From an uncultured candidate division Zixibacteria bacterium (GTDB lineage Bacteria; Zixibacteria; MSB-5A5; UBA10806; 4484-95): a stretch of DNA of 64,000 nt. The notes under the pieces are model-generated. The model saw nothing but the letters and a program-made list of their open reading frames with translations. It was not told the origin of the DNA and ran no database searches. A program made the position numbers and the translations under genes. Below are positions 21,360-31,458 of the stretch, in pieces; position 1 is the stretch's first letter; each line of letters begins with the position of its first letter. The DNA lies in the NCBI GenBank assembly GCA_963668625.2, contig CAXXKA010000010.1:96001-160000 (forward strand). Reading direction: 5' to 3'.

Positions 21360-22706
21360 TTAACGTCCTGTTATCTGCAAATATTTTGTTTTCAGTAGCA
21401 GGTAATTGGTTTTAGCATCCGTTAGTTGATCCTCCGATTGCCTGAGTAAAGCTTGAGCCTCCAACAGATCGGAAACGGTTATCAAGCCGTTTTCGTAACT
21501 ATCATCATTAACTTTCAAATTCTCCTCCGCCTGTTCTTTGGATTCTTCGCTAAGCAGGTACTGAGTATAGGCGTCGGTTAAATCAAGCCAGGATTTCTCG
21601 ATCTGCAATATCAGGAGTTCCGAATTATCCGAAAGATTGTTTTCGGCGATATTCTCTTTTAGATGTCTTTGATGAAGTTCGTGTGAACCTCCCCACCAAC
21701 CCGATATTGGCATCGAAACGGTACCGAATACCATGCCAAAGTCTCGTCCCGGAGCATCATCGAGTTTCAGGTACTGGTAAGCAATACCGATTCCTGCTTG
21801 CGGAAGATACTCGCCCCATTTAATTTTCGTTCGTAGCTTCTCGGCTCTGACCGAGTATTCGAGAAGTTTATATTCAGCCCTGTTTTTCAATGCCACCGCG
21901 CTTTCTACGTAAAGATTAAAAGGCGGATCGATGGAAGCTAATTCGTTCTCGAGTATGAGTGTCGAATCGAGAGGAAAACCCAGATGCTGGTTGAAAGCCA
22001 TTCGGGCGAGATTCTTGCCGTTATTCAATTTTGACTTATTTAAAAGTATTTCGCTTTGTTTAAGTTTAACTTTCAAAACGTCATTCTTCATGACGATCCC
22101 GGAGTTATACGCATCCTCGACCTGTCTTGAAAGACTACCAAGCATTTCTTCGTATTTTTCTATCGTTCCAATTTTTTCCTCCAGAGACACTATAAGCCAG
22201 TATCGATCCTTTGTCAAAAGCGTAATCTCGTCCCTGGTCAATCTGTCCAGGGATATAGAAACTCTTTCTCCCAGAGCGGCGAGCTTGTTACCATTAACTA
22301 TTCTACCGCCGGCAAATATCGGTTGGATGATATTTATATAACCGATAGTACCCTCGTCTAAAAATCCCATTGTCGAGCCGGGAAAATAAGCGAATTGATT
22401 GGCATCGGGTAGATTGTCAGGATTACCATCATATACAGGCAGGTCCCCGCCCTCGGTCTCCATTTCCATCAAAGGTTTTTCTGACTGAAACATCACCCCG
22501 CCGGCGCTTATGCTGGGGAAGTAGTTTGTAATCGCTGATTTTTTCATCTGCCGTGCGGCTTCAATCTCCAACTCGCTATTTTTAACCCTGCCGTTATTTT
22601 CCAGAGCGAGCTTTATGCTTTCCTCTAAAGTTAGAACCTCCTGGGCGAGGCATAGATTTGCCAGTAGAGATATTATCAACAGGAAGAGAATATTATACTT
22701 TTTCAT
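21360..22706 (-). CDS. TolC-family outer-membrane efflux protein
   Basis: Signal peptide, LTLEESIKLALENN and OEP repeats; last gene of the RND operon. Confidence 0.9.
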   Translation of the reverse strand: MKKYNILFLLIISLLANLCLAQEVLTLEESIKLALENNGRVKNSELEIEAARQMKKSAITNYFPSISAGGVMFQSEKPLMEMETEGGDLPVYDGNPDNLPDANQFAYFPGSTMGFLDEGTIGYINIIQPIFAGGRIVNGNKLAALGERVSISLDRLTRDEITLLTKDRYWLIVSLEEKIGTIEKYEEMLGSLSRQVEDAYNSGIVMKNDVLKVKLKQSEILLNKSKLNNGKNLARMAFNQHLGFPLDSTLILENELASIDPPFNLYVESAVALKNRAEYKLLEYSVRAEKLRTKIKWGEYLPQAGIGIAYQYLKLDDAPGRDFGMVFGTVSMPISGWWGGSHELHQRHLKENIAENNLSDNSELLILQIEKSWLDLTDAYTQYLLSEESKEQAEENLKVNDDSYENGLITVSDLLEAQALLRQSEDQLTDAKTNYLLLKTKYLQITGR

Positions 22707-25700
22707 GCTAATTCAGCCTCCCCGACTTTGGTGTTTTCCCGCTTGTGAAAAGTATAGTAGAGAACCGGAATGACTACCAGGCAAAGCAACATTCCGGATA
22801 TCAATCCAAAACAAATAACCGATCCCAGCGGCCCCCATAAAGGCGAACGGCTTATGATCATTGGGACTACGCCTACCGCCGCCGCTGACGAGGTAAGGAA
22901 TATGGGCCGCATTCTTCGTTTAGCAGCCGCAATAGCGGCTGTCTCGGGGCTGTGTCCGTGCTCTCGGCGCAACTCCTCGGCGTATGAAATATATATTATA
23001 CCGTTACGAACGACGATTCCTATCAGTCCTATAATACCGATGAAAGCGGTCATGCTGAAAGGATAACCCGTTACGAACACTCCGAATGATGCGCCGAAGA
23101 TGCTTAAAGGTATCGTCATCATTATCAAAATTGCGATTTTTGATTTTTTGAATTGCACGAGCAGAATAAAAAAGATGATAACGATACTCGTGAATAAAGC
23201 GTAATAGAGCGGCGTCATTATTTCCGCTCCGTGTTCATGATCGCCACCATATTCGATCGATACGCCGGGTGGCAGGTTAATCTTGTCGATCAGGGTTTTT
23301 GCCGGACCGAATACTTTAGCTGTGTATATCCCCCGCTCGACATCAGACAGAACGGTAAGCGTGCGAACCCCGTTCCGTCTTACTATTTCTCCCTCTGTCC
23401 ATTCAGGCTCTATGTTGCCCAGCTGACGGACTTGAGTCGAAGATACTAAGTATGGGGATGTTACATATTGATCCAGGATATCATCGATACTGGTCTTGGT
23501 CTTTTTATCGATTTTTAGATTTACGCTTAGCTGGTAGTCACCTTCCCATACTGTCGTTACGGGGAATCCCTTGGTTCCGATCATAAGCGAGTAATCCAGT
23601 AATTGCTTGGAATAACCCATTCGGCTTACTTCATCCTCATCCAAATTTAGCCTGACAGCTTGATATGGTTGTTCGTAATCGGTTCTGACCCAGCGAGAAC
23701 CTTTGGTTTTTCTCAAAATATCGGCGACAAGCAATGATGTATTTTTTAAAACCGCTATATCGTCTCCTAAAATTCTTATCTCTATGGGCGCTTTAGCTAG
23801 GCTCATTGCGAGTTGTCGCCATTTGATAGATGCCCCGGGATTGTTTTCGCTCCGCGTATCGGTGTATTGATCCAAAATCTCTTTCGTAGCTTTCGGAGAC
23901 TCCGTAATTACCAATAACTGGCCATAGTTTTTGGAAGGAAAATTAGGCGCATATAGTGAATTAAAACGTGGCGAACTGGTACCAACGAAAGCCGCTACTT
24001 CCTCTACACGATCATCCTCGAGCAGAAGTTTTTCGATCTCCGCCATGGTCTTATCGGTTTGATCCAGAGAACTCCCCACGGGAAGGTAAACCTCAACCGC
24101 GAATTGATTACGTTCGACATTTGGGAAAGATTCCTGTGGAGTATTCGCTAATAAAAGCAAACCCACCAGAAAAGAAAGTCCGCCTATTGCTATAACAGTC
24201 TTTTTCTTCCTAAAAGATTTTTCTATAAAACCATCGTATTGTTTTTGCAGCCAATCTAAAAAGGCGCCTTTTTTGCCAAGGGCTTCGTTTTTCACGCCAT
24301 ACTTGATAAATTTGTAGCTTAACATTGGAATCAGTATAGCCGAAACATAAAGCGAGATGAAAAGGGCGTAACCGATCACGTATGGCAGAGAGAAAATGAA
24401 ATCCCCTCCCATACCGGTCATGAAAAGGGTCATGGGGGCGAAACAGAAAATAATTATCAACGTAGCCGAAAAAACCGATCCGAATAAATCCGTTACGCTT
24501 TTTGATGCCGCCTCTTTCGGAGAAATACCGCTATCCAATTTTTCCACATAGTTATCTATGATAACTATGGCATTATCTACTACCATTCCAAGTACGACGA
24601 TCAAGCCTGCTAAAGATACGGTTTGAAGAGAAAAACCGGTAATCCACATCACACCCAACGTTATTAATATTGAGGTCGGAATTGCGGATGCCGCTACGAG
24701 TGCGACTCTCCTGGGTAATAAAATCACGGTTACCAGGATCACCGATATAATAGCTATCAGGAATTCTACCAGGAAATTATATACGGCCCTCGAGACGAAG
24801 TGAGGCATATCGGAAATGATCCCGACTCGAATATCAGAGGGAACATCGATAACGAATTTATCGATTATTTTTTGAACCTCGCTGCCGTATTGCACGATAT
24901 TATGACCGGGAAGCATCTCCAGTGATACGATGAGGCTTTTTTTGCCGTTCAATCGAATATATGACTGGGGATCTTCATACTCTCTTACTATTGTCGCGAT
25001 ATCTTTTACTCGAATCACATTTCCGGTTGGATCGGAGTAGACTATCTTGTTTGCAATATCACTTTCCGTATGATAAGAAGATGGAATATGTATCGGACGG
25101 ATATATTGACCGTCGTCTATTTCCCCCGAGTAATTAACGGTACCCTCGGGATTCAATGCCAGGTATACCATTAACGGTTTAATACCGTAGTTAGTCAGTT
25201 TGGAATCATCGATATATACATTGATTACTTCCTGCTGCAATCCGAAATGTTTTACCCTTGATGTTGATGGTATTTTACGTACGGCATCTTCGAATCTCTC
25301 TACGAAAAATTCCAATTCCTTATATGTTCTCGTCTCCGATTCGATTCCTAATAGGATAGCGGAGGTATTCCCGAAATCATTATTAGCGGTAAGGGATACC
25401 ACGCCGGATGGCAACTCGCTTTTGAATTCGTTTAGGCCATGCCGAAGTTTTGCCCAGAATACTTTCGGAGCCTCCACATCCTCCTGAACCTCGACATAAA
25501 TGACCATCACGTTTTCTTTGGAAACGGAGTAGGTTTTTTCTTTGTCCACTTCCTCGTATTGGAATAAGTAGTTTTCGACCTTCTTGGTCAGTCGCTCTTC
25601 TACCTGGTTCGAGGTTGCGCCGGGATAGACGCCGATAATCAATCCCTGACGGATCGTGAATTCGGGGAACTCATCGCGCGGCATTAGGATTAATGCCACG

Positions 25701-25789
25701 ATTCCTAAAATTATCAGTACTGATGTTACTGATATAATTAGCTGTTTGTAGCGAATTATATTATCTATCAGTGTATTTTTATCACTCAT
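22703..25789 (-). CDS. RND efflux permease (AcrB/AcrD/AcrF family)
   Basis: 1028 aa; GMVVDNAIV, IVVRNGII and RRMRPIFLTS motifs. Confidence 0.93.
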   Translation of the reverse strand: MSDKNTLIDNIIRYKQLIISVTSVLIILGIVALILMPRDEFPEFTIRQGLIIGVYPGATSNQVEERLTKKVENYLFQYEEVDKEKTYSVSKENVMVIYVEVQEDVEAPKVFWAKLRHGLNEFKSELPSGVVSLTANNDFGNTSAILLGIESETRTYKELEFFVERFEDAVRKIPSTSRVKHFGLQQEVINVYIDDSKLTNYGIKPLMVYLALNPEGTVNYSGEIDDGQYIRPIHIPSSYHTESDIANKIVYSDPTGNVIRVKDIATIVREYEDPQSYIRLNGKKSLIVSLEMLPGHNIVQYGSEVQKIIDKFVIDVPSDIRVGIISDMPHFVSRAVYNFLVEFLIAIISVILVTVILLPRRVALVAASAIPTSILITLGVMWITGFSLQTVSLAGLIVVLGMVVDNAIVIIDNYVEKLDSGISPKEAASKSVTDLFGSVFSATLIIIFCFAPMTLFMTGMGGDFIFSLPYVIGYALFISLYVSAILIPMLSYKFIKYGVKNEALGKKGAFLDWLQKQYDGFIEKSFRKKKTVIAIGGLSFLVGLLLLANTPQESFPNVERNQFAVEVYLPVGSSLDQTDKTMAEIEKLLLEDDRVEEVAAFVGTSSPRFNSLYAPNFPSKNYGQLLVITESPKATKEILDQYTDTRSENNPGASIKWRQLAMSLAKAPIEIRILGDDIAVLKNTSLLVADILRKTKGSRWVRTDYEQPYQAVRLNLDEDEVSRMGYSKQLLDYSLMIGTKGFPVTTVWEGDYQLSVNLKIDKKTKTSIDDILDQYVTSPYLVSSTQVRQLGNIEPEWTEGEIVRRNGVRTLTVLSDVERGIYTAKVFGPAKTLIDKINLPPGVSIEYGGDHEHGAEIMTPLYYALFTSIVIIFFILLVQFKKSKIAILIMMTIPLSIFGASFGVFVTGYPFSMTAFIGIIGLIGIVVRNGIIYISYAEELRREHGHSPETAAIAAAKRRMRPIFLTSSAAAVGVVPMIISRSPLWGPLGSVICFGLISGMLLCLVVIPVLYYTFHKRENTKVGEAELA

Positions 25790-25807
25790 TGTTATTCAGG
25801 TGCCCTT

Positions 25808-26881
25808 CTATCGATTAGCTATTTGTATTTTTGAATCGTTAACCAATTTATGTTGTCCTGAAATGACGATCAGATCACCAATAGCCAGGCCTTTTGCTAT
25901 TTCGATCCCTTCGCTCATCAGTCTGCCGATTTCGACATATTTTCTTAAAGCCCTGTCGTGGTCTTCATTGATACCGTAAACGAATGATTTGCCGTTTTCA
26001 TCGACTTGAACCGCCTGATGCGGAATAACGACCCCACTGAATACCGCTGAGGTTCGGATTCTGGCATCGCAAATCATACCTGGTTTTATGGAATGGTCTT
26101 TATTATCAATGCCTATTTTTATTTTGTAAGTATGAACTATCGGGTCTGCAACTACGCCGATCTCCTCGACTATACCCTCGAACTGCTTCTTACCCAGTGC
26201 GGCTATCGTTATTGAGGCTTTTTGCCCTTTTTTAATGAGCGCTATTTCGCTCTCGGAAATTGGCGCCCTGGCAAATACTTTATCGATTTTTACGATTTTT
26301 ATTGCCGTCACCAATGGAGAAACATTCATACCCGGTTCGATAAACCGAGCGCCCACGAATCCCTCGACAGGAGAGTATAACTTGCAATCATCGAGGTTCT
26401 TCAGGGAAATCGCTGCATTTGCCCTGGCTTGCTGCAAGCGCGTTACAGCCTCTATATACTTTATCTCAGGCAAGTTGCCGTTTTCATACATCGGTTTAAG
26501 TCTTTTAAAAGCATCTTCGGCTTGCTGTAATGTCGCCTGGGACAGATCATACATGTTACTATAAGTCGCATCATCCAATACCGCTAAAAGCTGTCCGGCC
26601 TCGATGAAATCGCCCTCGGAAACCGGTACGTCGGTAACAGTACCTTTTATGGGAAAGCCCAGGGGAATAGATTCTGATTCTTCGATGGTACCGCTGTATG
26701 CGAATGATTCCTTTTGGCTAAATCTTTCAACCTGAAGAACTTGAACTTTAATCGGAATATCGTTTAAAACGCGATCCTCCGCATGTGTATCACTTGTAAT
26801 ACAATAAAGAATCAATACGCCACCGACAAATACGGTAACTATTGATTTGAAAACTGTTTTTATTGAAATTTCCAATTTCAT
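25808..26881 (-). CDS. RND periplasmic adaptor (membrane fusion protein)
   Basis: Lipoyl-like GTVTDVPVSEGD and SPVEGFV, plus IKPGM. Confidence 0.9.
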   Translation of the reverse strand: MKLEISIKTVFKSIVTVFVGGVLILYCITSDTHAEDRVLNDIPIKVQVLQVERFSQKESFAYSGTIEESESIPLGFPIKGTVTDVPVSEGDFIEAGQLLAVLDDATYSNMYDLSQATLQQAEDAFKRLKPMYENGNLPEIKYIEAVTRLQQARANAAISLKNLDDCKLYSPVEGFVGARFIEPGMNVSPLVTAIKIVKIDKVFARAPISESEIALIKKGQKASITIAALGKKQFEGIVEEIGVVADPIVHTYKIKIGIDNKDHSIKPGMICDARIRTSAVFSGVVIPHQAVQVDENGKSFVYGINEDHDRALRKYVEIGRLMSEGIEIAKGLAIGDLIVISGQHKLVNDSKIQIANR

Positions 26882-26911
26882 CGATTTTCCCCACTTTATT
26901 AAAATTGTATA

Positions 26912-26927
26912 ATGTGTATATACACAT
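26912..26927. promoter_or_regulatory. Probable MarR operator upstream of the efflux genes
   Basis: Perfect 16-bp palindrome ATGTGTATATACACAT; related site at 27428-27447. Confidence 0.6.
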
Positions 26928-26942
26928 AAATTAACAAAAAAA

Positions 26943-27389
26943 TTAATTTCTTTCCAAGTTATCCAGCATCTCCTGAAGTACTGTGAGACATTTACTGACT
27001 TTATTTTCGTTTATTCCCTGATATACCGACTCACTGAATTGAAGCATGAAGGGATACATCTCACCATTCAATTGTTTGCCTGATTTAGTAAGATAGATCA
27101 ATTTTTTACGCTTATCATTCTGGCCGGGTACTCTCAAAACCAGATTAAGTTTTTCGAGGCCGTCTACCATTCGGGAAATAGTAGTTCTTTCTCTATCGGC
27201 TTTTTCTGCCAGAATACCCAGAGTTAATCCATCTTCTTTTTTCAGAATGAGCAACACTAGAACCTGTTCAAGGGTTAATTCGAGGCCCATATCATCCATC
27301 ATCTTTTTAACTTTACGTCTAAGTATAAGCCATGTATGAGCGATCGTTTTTAGAAGTTCTTCATGGCATGGTTTATATTCAAAACTCAC
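26943..27389 (-). CDS. MarR-family regulator
   Basis: TTISRMVDGLEKLNLVLR...DKRKKLIYLT; AAGGAG RBS. Confidence 0.92.
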   Translation of the reverse strand: MSFEYKPCHEELLKTIAHTWLILRRKVKKMMDDMGLELTLEQVLVLLILKKEDGLTLGILAEKADRERTTISRMVDGLEKLNLVLRVPGQNDKRKKLIYLTKSGKQLNGEMYPFMLQFSESVYQGINENKVSKCLTVLQEMLDNLERN

Positions 27390-27427
27390 TAATTCTCCTT
27401 TGCAAGGATGTAAAGGCCTTCAGTTTA

Positions 27428-27466
27428 ATAGATGCATATACATATATAATTATCGTAAAAAGTCAA
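27428..27466 (-). promoter_or_regulatory. marR promoter with overlapping operator
   Basis: Minus-strand TTGACT at 27466-27461; imperfect palindrome ATAGATGCATATACATATAT (27428-27447) over the -10/+1 region. Confidence 0.5.
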
Positions 27467-28068
27467 GTATATATTAATGATTTTTAAAAAATAGCATGAA
27501 ATAATTGTGAAATGTCATATAAGACTATGAAAAGCTTAGTGTTAACATATAAATATTATCGATTAAATCGGTCTATCATTTGACCAACTGATTTTATCTT
27601 CAAATATTAGGTGTAGATAAAAATATATTTCAGGTTGGCTATAAATATATAATAGCGGTAGTTGTATTCCTTCAGAGCCTACCGTGCCATTTGGGCATGG
27701 TAGGCCTTGACGGGTTACATTCATTACATAATAAACCGCAAAGCTGAACGCTAAGGAAATCAGACCCAATAACCAAACTATCTCGCAACAAGTTAACATA
27801 TTGACGCTACAAAATTGTTACAGATTTTGAATTCAATATTGATAATAACCGATTATCGTATTGTTAATGCGAAAACAAAAAAGATCGCGCTTCAGCCGCC
27901 TTTCTTACCACGTCCAGCTTCTAACAATATTGCTTTATATTTAGACTTCTATTACTGCCATTAATATTTAAAGTGGCTTATTCCCGACCTTAAATGTAAC
28001 CGACTTGCTGTTAGATTAACCATATGGCATCGGTTACTCGCTGGTTGGTTTTAATGTTGTCCCGATGT

Positions 28069-28194
28069 TTAACTATTGGGAAGCGGAGTGGGCTTCGGCT
28101 GCTTATCATGCTTTTCTTTTGTTTTTTGATCCTTTTTACTTTTTTTCTGTTTCTGACTCTTGTCCCTATCCTTTTTCCCGCCTTTGTCACCCAT
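28069..28194 (-). CDS. Small 41-aa Lys-rich protein (below the ORF-track cutoff)
   Basis: MGDKGGKKDRDKSQKQKKSKKDQKTKEKHDKQPKPTPLPNS*, with AAGGAG 7 nt upstream of the ATG. Confidence 0.7.
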   Translation of the reverse strand: MGDKGGKKDRDKSQKQKKSKKDQKTKEKHDKQPKPTPLPNS

Positions 28195-28677
28195 AGTGTA
28201 ACTCCTTTCGGTTTGCTATTTAGCGTCCCGCCGCGGGGTTTGCAGCCAAACCGCTATTACTGTAAACGCCTATATTTATTAGGCTGAAGGCTAAAATGAC
28301 ATTATTCGATATCCTTTACTATTAGCGTAGCGTGTCAGGCAATCGATGTCAACAAGAATCATGAATAATAACTAAAACTTTATACTTTGTTTCAAAACCT
28401 GGGGGATAAATTACAAGTAATCATAATTGAATTAGGATTTAAACTTTGCTAAGCAAAAATTATCTGGCTTTCAATAACCAATGAAACGTATTGGGAAAAG
28501 AGTAAAGGGTGAATGATTTGGAATGATCCACCACTTAATTCAACGATTTTTAATCCCAAATGGGCCGATCCGTTGACGGTCATGCAGAGATATCTGAGGA
28601 GCTATACCATGTAAGCTCGAAATTCACTCGCCAATTTATCTACCCGACACCTTTAAAACTGATTAGCATTATTGAAT

Positions 28678-28932
28678 CACTAGTGTCCGGTCTTTTCATC
28701 TCGTTGCGAAGCGCTGCTTCGCAACGTGGCTTGTTTGCCGGCAGAATGCGCATTCTACATGATTCAAGAAGGTTTCCAAGCAGCGCTTGGAAACCAGAAA
28801 ACCAAGCCTAACATCGGCAGGATATGTCAGGATGAATGATACGCTGAATAAAATAATTATATCGGAAAATATTTTTCATTAACAATTCCAAGGAGAAATT
28901 TAAAATTTAACGAAAAACACCGGACACTAGTG
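28678..28932 (+). mobile_element. MITE family A copy 3 (intact, 255 bp)
   Basis: Perfect 14-bp TIR CACTAGTGTCCGGT; 9-bp TSD TTATTGAAT at 28669-28677 and 28933-28941. Confidence 0.95.
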
Positions 28933-29142
28933 TTATTGAATATAAAATAAGTTTCTCAAAAAACATTTTCATATTATCGTTTTGATCATGTGGCAATTGG
29001 TAATCCCGGATACCGTTTAAACATATTAATTCGACCTAATCCTAAAAGTATCTTGACTTTTGCCTTGGCTGATCTAACTTATAAAGTAGTCCAACTAATT
29101 AGGACAAATCATTGACGCCTGATATGAAAATGAGGAACCAGT

Positions 29143-31449
29143 ATGGCATCTGTTATTCGGTATTATGAGGGAATCGGCTCCGTTGCCGTAATCGGCAATT
29201 ATCTGCCTCGCCTGTGCGGTATAGCGACATTCACGACTGACCTGGTTGAGGCCTTAACGGCAGAAGCACCTGATATTAATTGCTGGGCGGTTGCCATGAA
29301 TGACAAGCCCGAGGGGTATGCATATCCCGACAAAGTGCGATTTGTAGTCAACCAGAACAGACTTGCCGATTACGGTGTGGCCTCGGAGTTTCTCAATATC
29401 GGTCAGACTGATATTGTCTGCGTGCAGCATGAATACGGTATTTTCGGCGGCCCGGCTGGCAGCCATCTTTTAAAACTTCTTGGTGAACTTCGCATGCCAA
29501 TCGTGACAACGCTGCATACGGTATTAAGAGATCCCGCCCCGGAGTATCGTGAGGTCATGCGCAAGCTGGCTGACCTGTCCGATAAACTAATCGTGATGAG
29601 CCGGAAGGCTTTCGATTTCCTTCAAGATATTTATGGCGTGCCGAAGGAGAAAATCGCCTTCATTCATCATGGCATTCCCGATATGCCTTTCATTGATCCC
29701 AACTTTTACAAAGATAAATTCGGGGTGGAAGGTAAAAAGGTACTTCTCACATTCGGTCTTCTTTCCCCCAATAAAGGTATTGAAAGTGTGCTGCAAGCAC
29801 TGCCGTCCATTATTGCAGAACATCCCGATGTCACTTATATCATCTTGGGAGCTACACATCCGCATATTATAAAAACGCATGGGGAGGAATATCGTATCAG
29901 CCTGCAGCAGCTCGTGCGCAAACTCAATATCAGCAATCATGTTATTTTTCATAACCGGTTTGTCGAACTGAAAGAGCTGTGCGAGTTTCTCGGAGCCGCT
30001 GATATATACGTAACCCCTTATCTTCAAGAATCCCAGATTACATCCGGGACGCTTGCCTATGCTATGGGAACCGGAAAAGCGGTTATTTCAACCCCGTACT
30101 GGTATGCGACGGAGATGCTTGCCGAAGGAAGGGGAATAATTGTTCCATTCAAAAGCCCTGATGCTATAGCGAAAAATGTCATCGATCTTTTCAATAACGA
30201 TATGAACCTGCAAACGATACGCAAGAAAGCCTATATATTTTGTCGCGAAGCGATCTGGAAGGAGGTGTCCCGAAGATATCTCGAGGTTTTCAGCGAAGTT
30301 CAGCTCAATCGCTCCCAGCACCCCCGTCCCCGTTACTTGTACATTGAGAACATCAAATCCATCACGAATTTCGATCTCCCGGAGATGAAGCTTGACCACC
30401 TTAAAAGCCTGACCGATGATACCGGCATCTTACAGCATGCCACCTATACCGTTCCGGACCGTGACCATGGCTACTGCACCGATGACAATGCCAGAGCGCT
30501 GATGGTTACCGCTATGGGCCGGGAATATCTCGATACGAATAACACGCGCCTCAATTCGCTCAGTAACCGTTATCTCGGCTTTCTACTGCATTCCTTCAAT
30601 GCCGAGAAGGGGAGATTTCGTAATTTCATGACCTATGATCGGCAGTGGACTGAAGAGGTGGGATCGGAGGATGCTCATGGCAGAGCGCTCTGGGGTATTG
30701 GCAAGGCTGTTGATTTTTTTGACAATCCAGGACAGATGGTAATGAGCATGACTCTCTTCAATAAAGCGATAAAATCCGTGGAGAACTTTAAATCGCCCAG
30801 AGCTATCGCTTTTGCCCTGGTGGGCATTCACGCCTACCTTGATAAATTTTCAGGCGACAGTGAAGTGCGAAGAGTTCGGAAAATCATTGCAAACAGGCTT
30901 TTCGATCAGTTCAAAAATAATGCAACAACAAACTGGCCCTGGTTGGAGAACGCTTTAAACTATGCCAACGGAAAGCTGCCACATGCCCTGCTTTTATCCG
31001 GTCAATGGATGCAGCGTAGTGACATGGTAGAAATGGGGCTCAGATCGCTTAAATGGTTGCTTGCTATCCAGACCGAAGATAATCACTTTGTCCCAATCGG
31101 CAACAACGGATGGTATGAGAAAGGCGGCACAAAAGCCCGATTCGATCAACAACCCATCGAGGCTAATGCCATGATCGGAGCTTGCGTTGAGGCCTTTAAT
31201 ATCACCCTGGATAAAACCTGGATCGACAGTGCTGTCATGTGTTTCAGTTGGTTTATTGGCCACAATGATCTGAATATGTCGCTTTATGATCCAAAGACCG
31301 GCGGTTGCCGGGATGGGCTTATGGCTGACGGTATCAATCAGAATGAAGGCGCCGAGTCAACCCTTGCCTGGCTGCTTTCGCTTATGACTTTACAGAATCT
31401 CCATGCCAACGAGATTCTCAGACAAGCATCATCCCAATTAGACGATTAA
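29143..31449 (+). CDS. GT4 glycosyltransferase fused to a C-terminal six-hairpin glycosidase-like domain
   Basis: PRLCGIATF, QHEYGIFGG, FGLLSPNKG, SGTLAYAMG; C-domain GYCTDDNARAL, FDQQPIE, NEGAESTL. Confidence 0.85.
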   Translation: MASVIRYYEGIGSVAVIGNYLPRLCGIATFTTDLVEALTAEAPDINCWAVAMNDKPEGYAYPDKVRFVVNQNRLADYGVASEFLNIGQTDIVCVQHEYGIFGGPAGSHLLKLLGELRMPIVTTLHTVLRDPAPEYREVMRKLADLSDKLIVMSRKAFDFLQDIYGVPKEKIAFIHHGIPDMPFIDPNFYKDKFGVEGKKVLLTFGLLSPNKGIESVLQALPSIIAEHPDVTYIILGATHPHIIKTHGEEYRISLQQLVRKLNISNHVIFHNRFVELKELCEFLGAADIYVTPYLQESQITSGTLAYAMGTGKAVISTPYWYATEMLAEGRGIIVPFKSPDAIAKNVIDLFNNDMNLQTIRKKAYIFCREAIWKEVSRRYLEVFSEVQLNRSQHPRPRYLYIENIKSITNFDLPEMKLDHLKSLTDDTGILQHATYTVPDRDHGYCTDDNARALMVTAMGREYLDTNNTRLNSLSNRYLGFLLHSFNAEKGRFRNFMTYDRQWTEEVGSEDAHGRALWGIGKAVDFFDNPGQMVMSMTLFNKAIKSVENFKSPRAIAFALVGIHAYLDKFSGDSEVRRVRKIIANRLFDQFKNNATTNWPWLENALNYANGKLPHALLLSGQWMQRSDMVEMGLRSLKWLLAIQTEDNHFVPIGNNGWYEKGGTKARFDQQPIEANAMIGACVEAFNITLDKTWIDSAVMCFSWFIGHNDLNMSLYDPKTGGCRDGLMADGINQNEGAESTLAWLLSLMTLQNLHANEILRQASSQLDD

Positions 31450-31458
31450 TATAAAGGA

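Noticed and set aside
27677-27705. Strong hairpin GCCTACCGTGCC/GGCATGGTAGGC as an IS200/IS605 end
   Set aside because: No tnpA, tnpB or iscB and no partner end nearby; cannot be assigned.
28209-28253. c-di-GMP-I riboswitch
   Set aside because: Only partial GCAAACC/GGGACGC similarity; the GNRA tetraloop and second stem are missing. Kept only as an unassigned hairpin.
28024-28287. 87-aa hydrophobic plus-strand ORF
   Set aside because: Antisense shadow of the Lys-rich minus-strand ORF, which has the RBS.
28560-28811. ORFs 28560-28811, 1328-1702 and 47096-47281 sharing MRIL/LRSAA peptides
   Set aside because: Incidental translations of MITE A; no transposase motifs.
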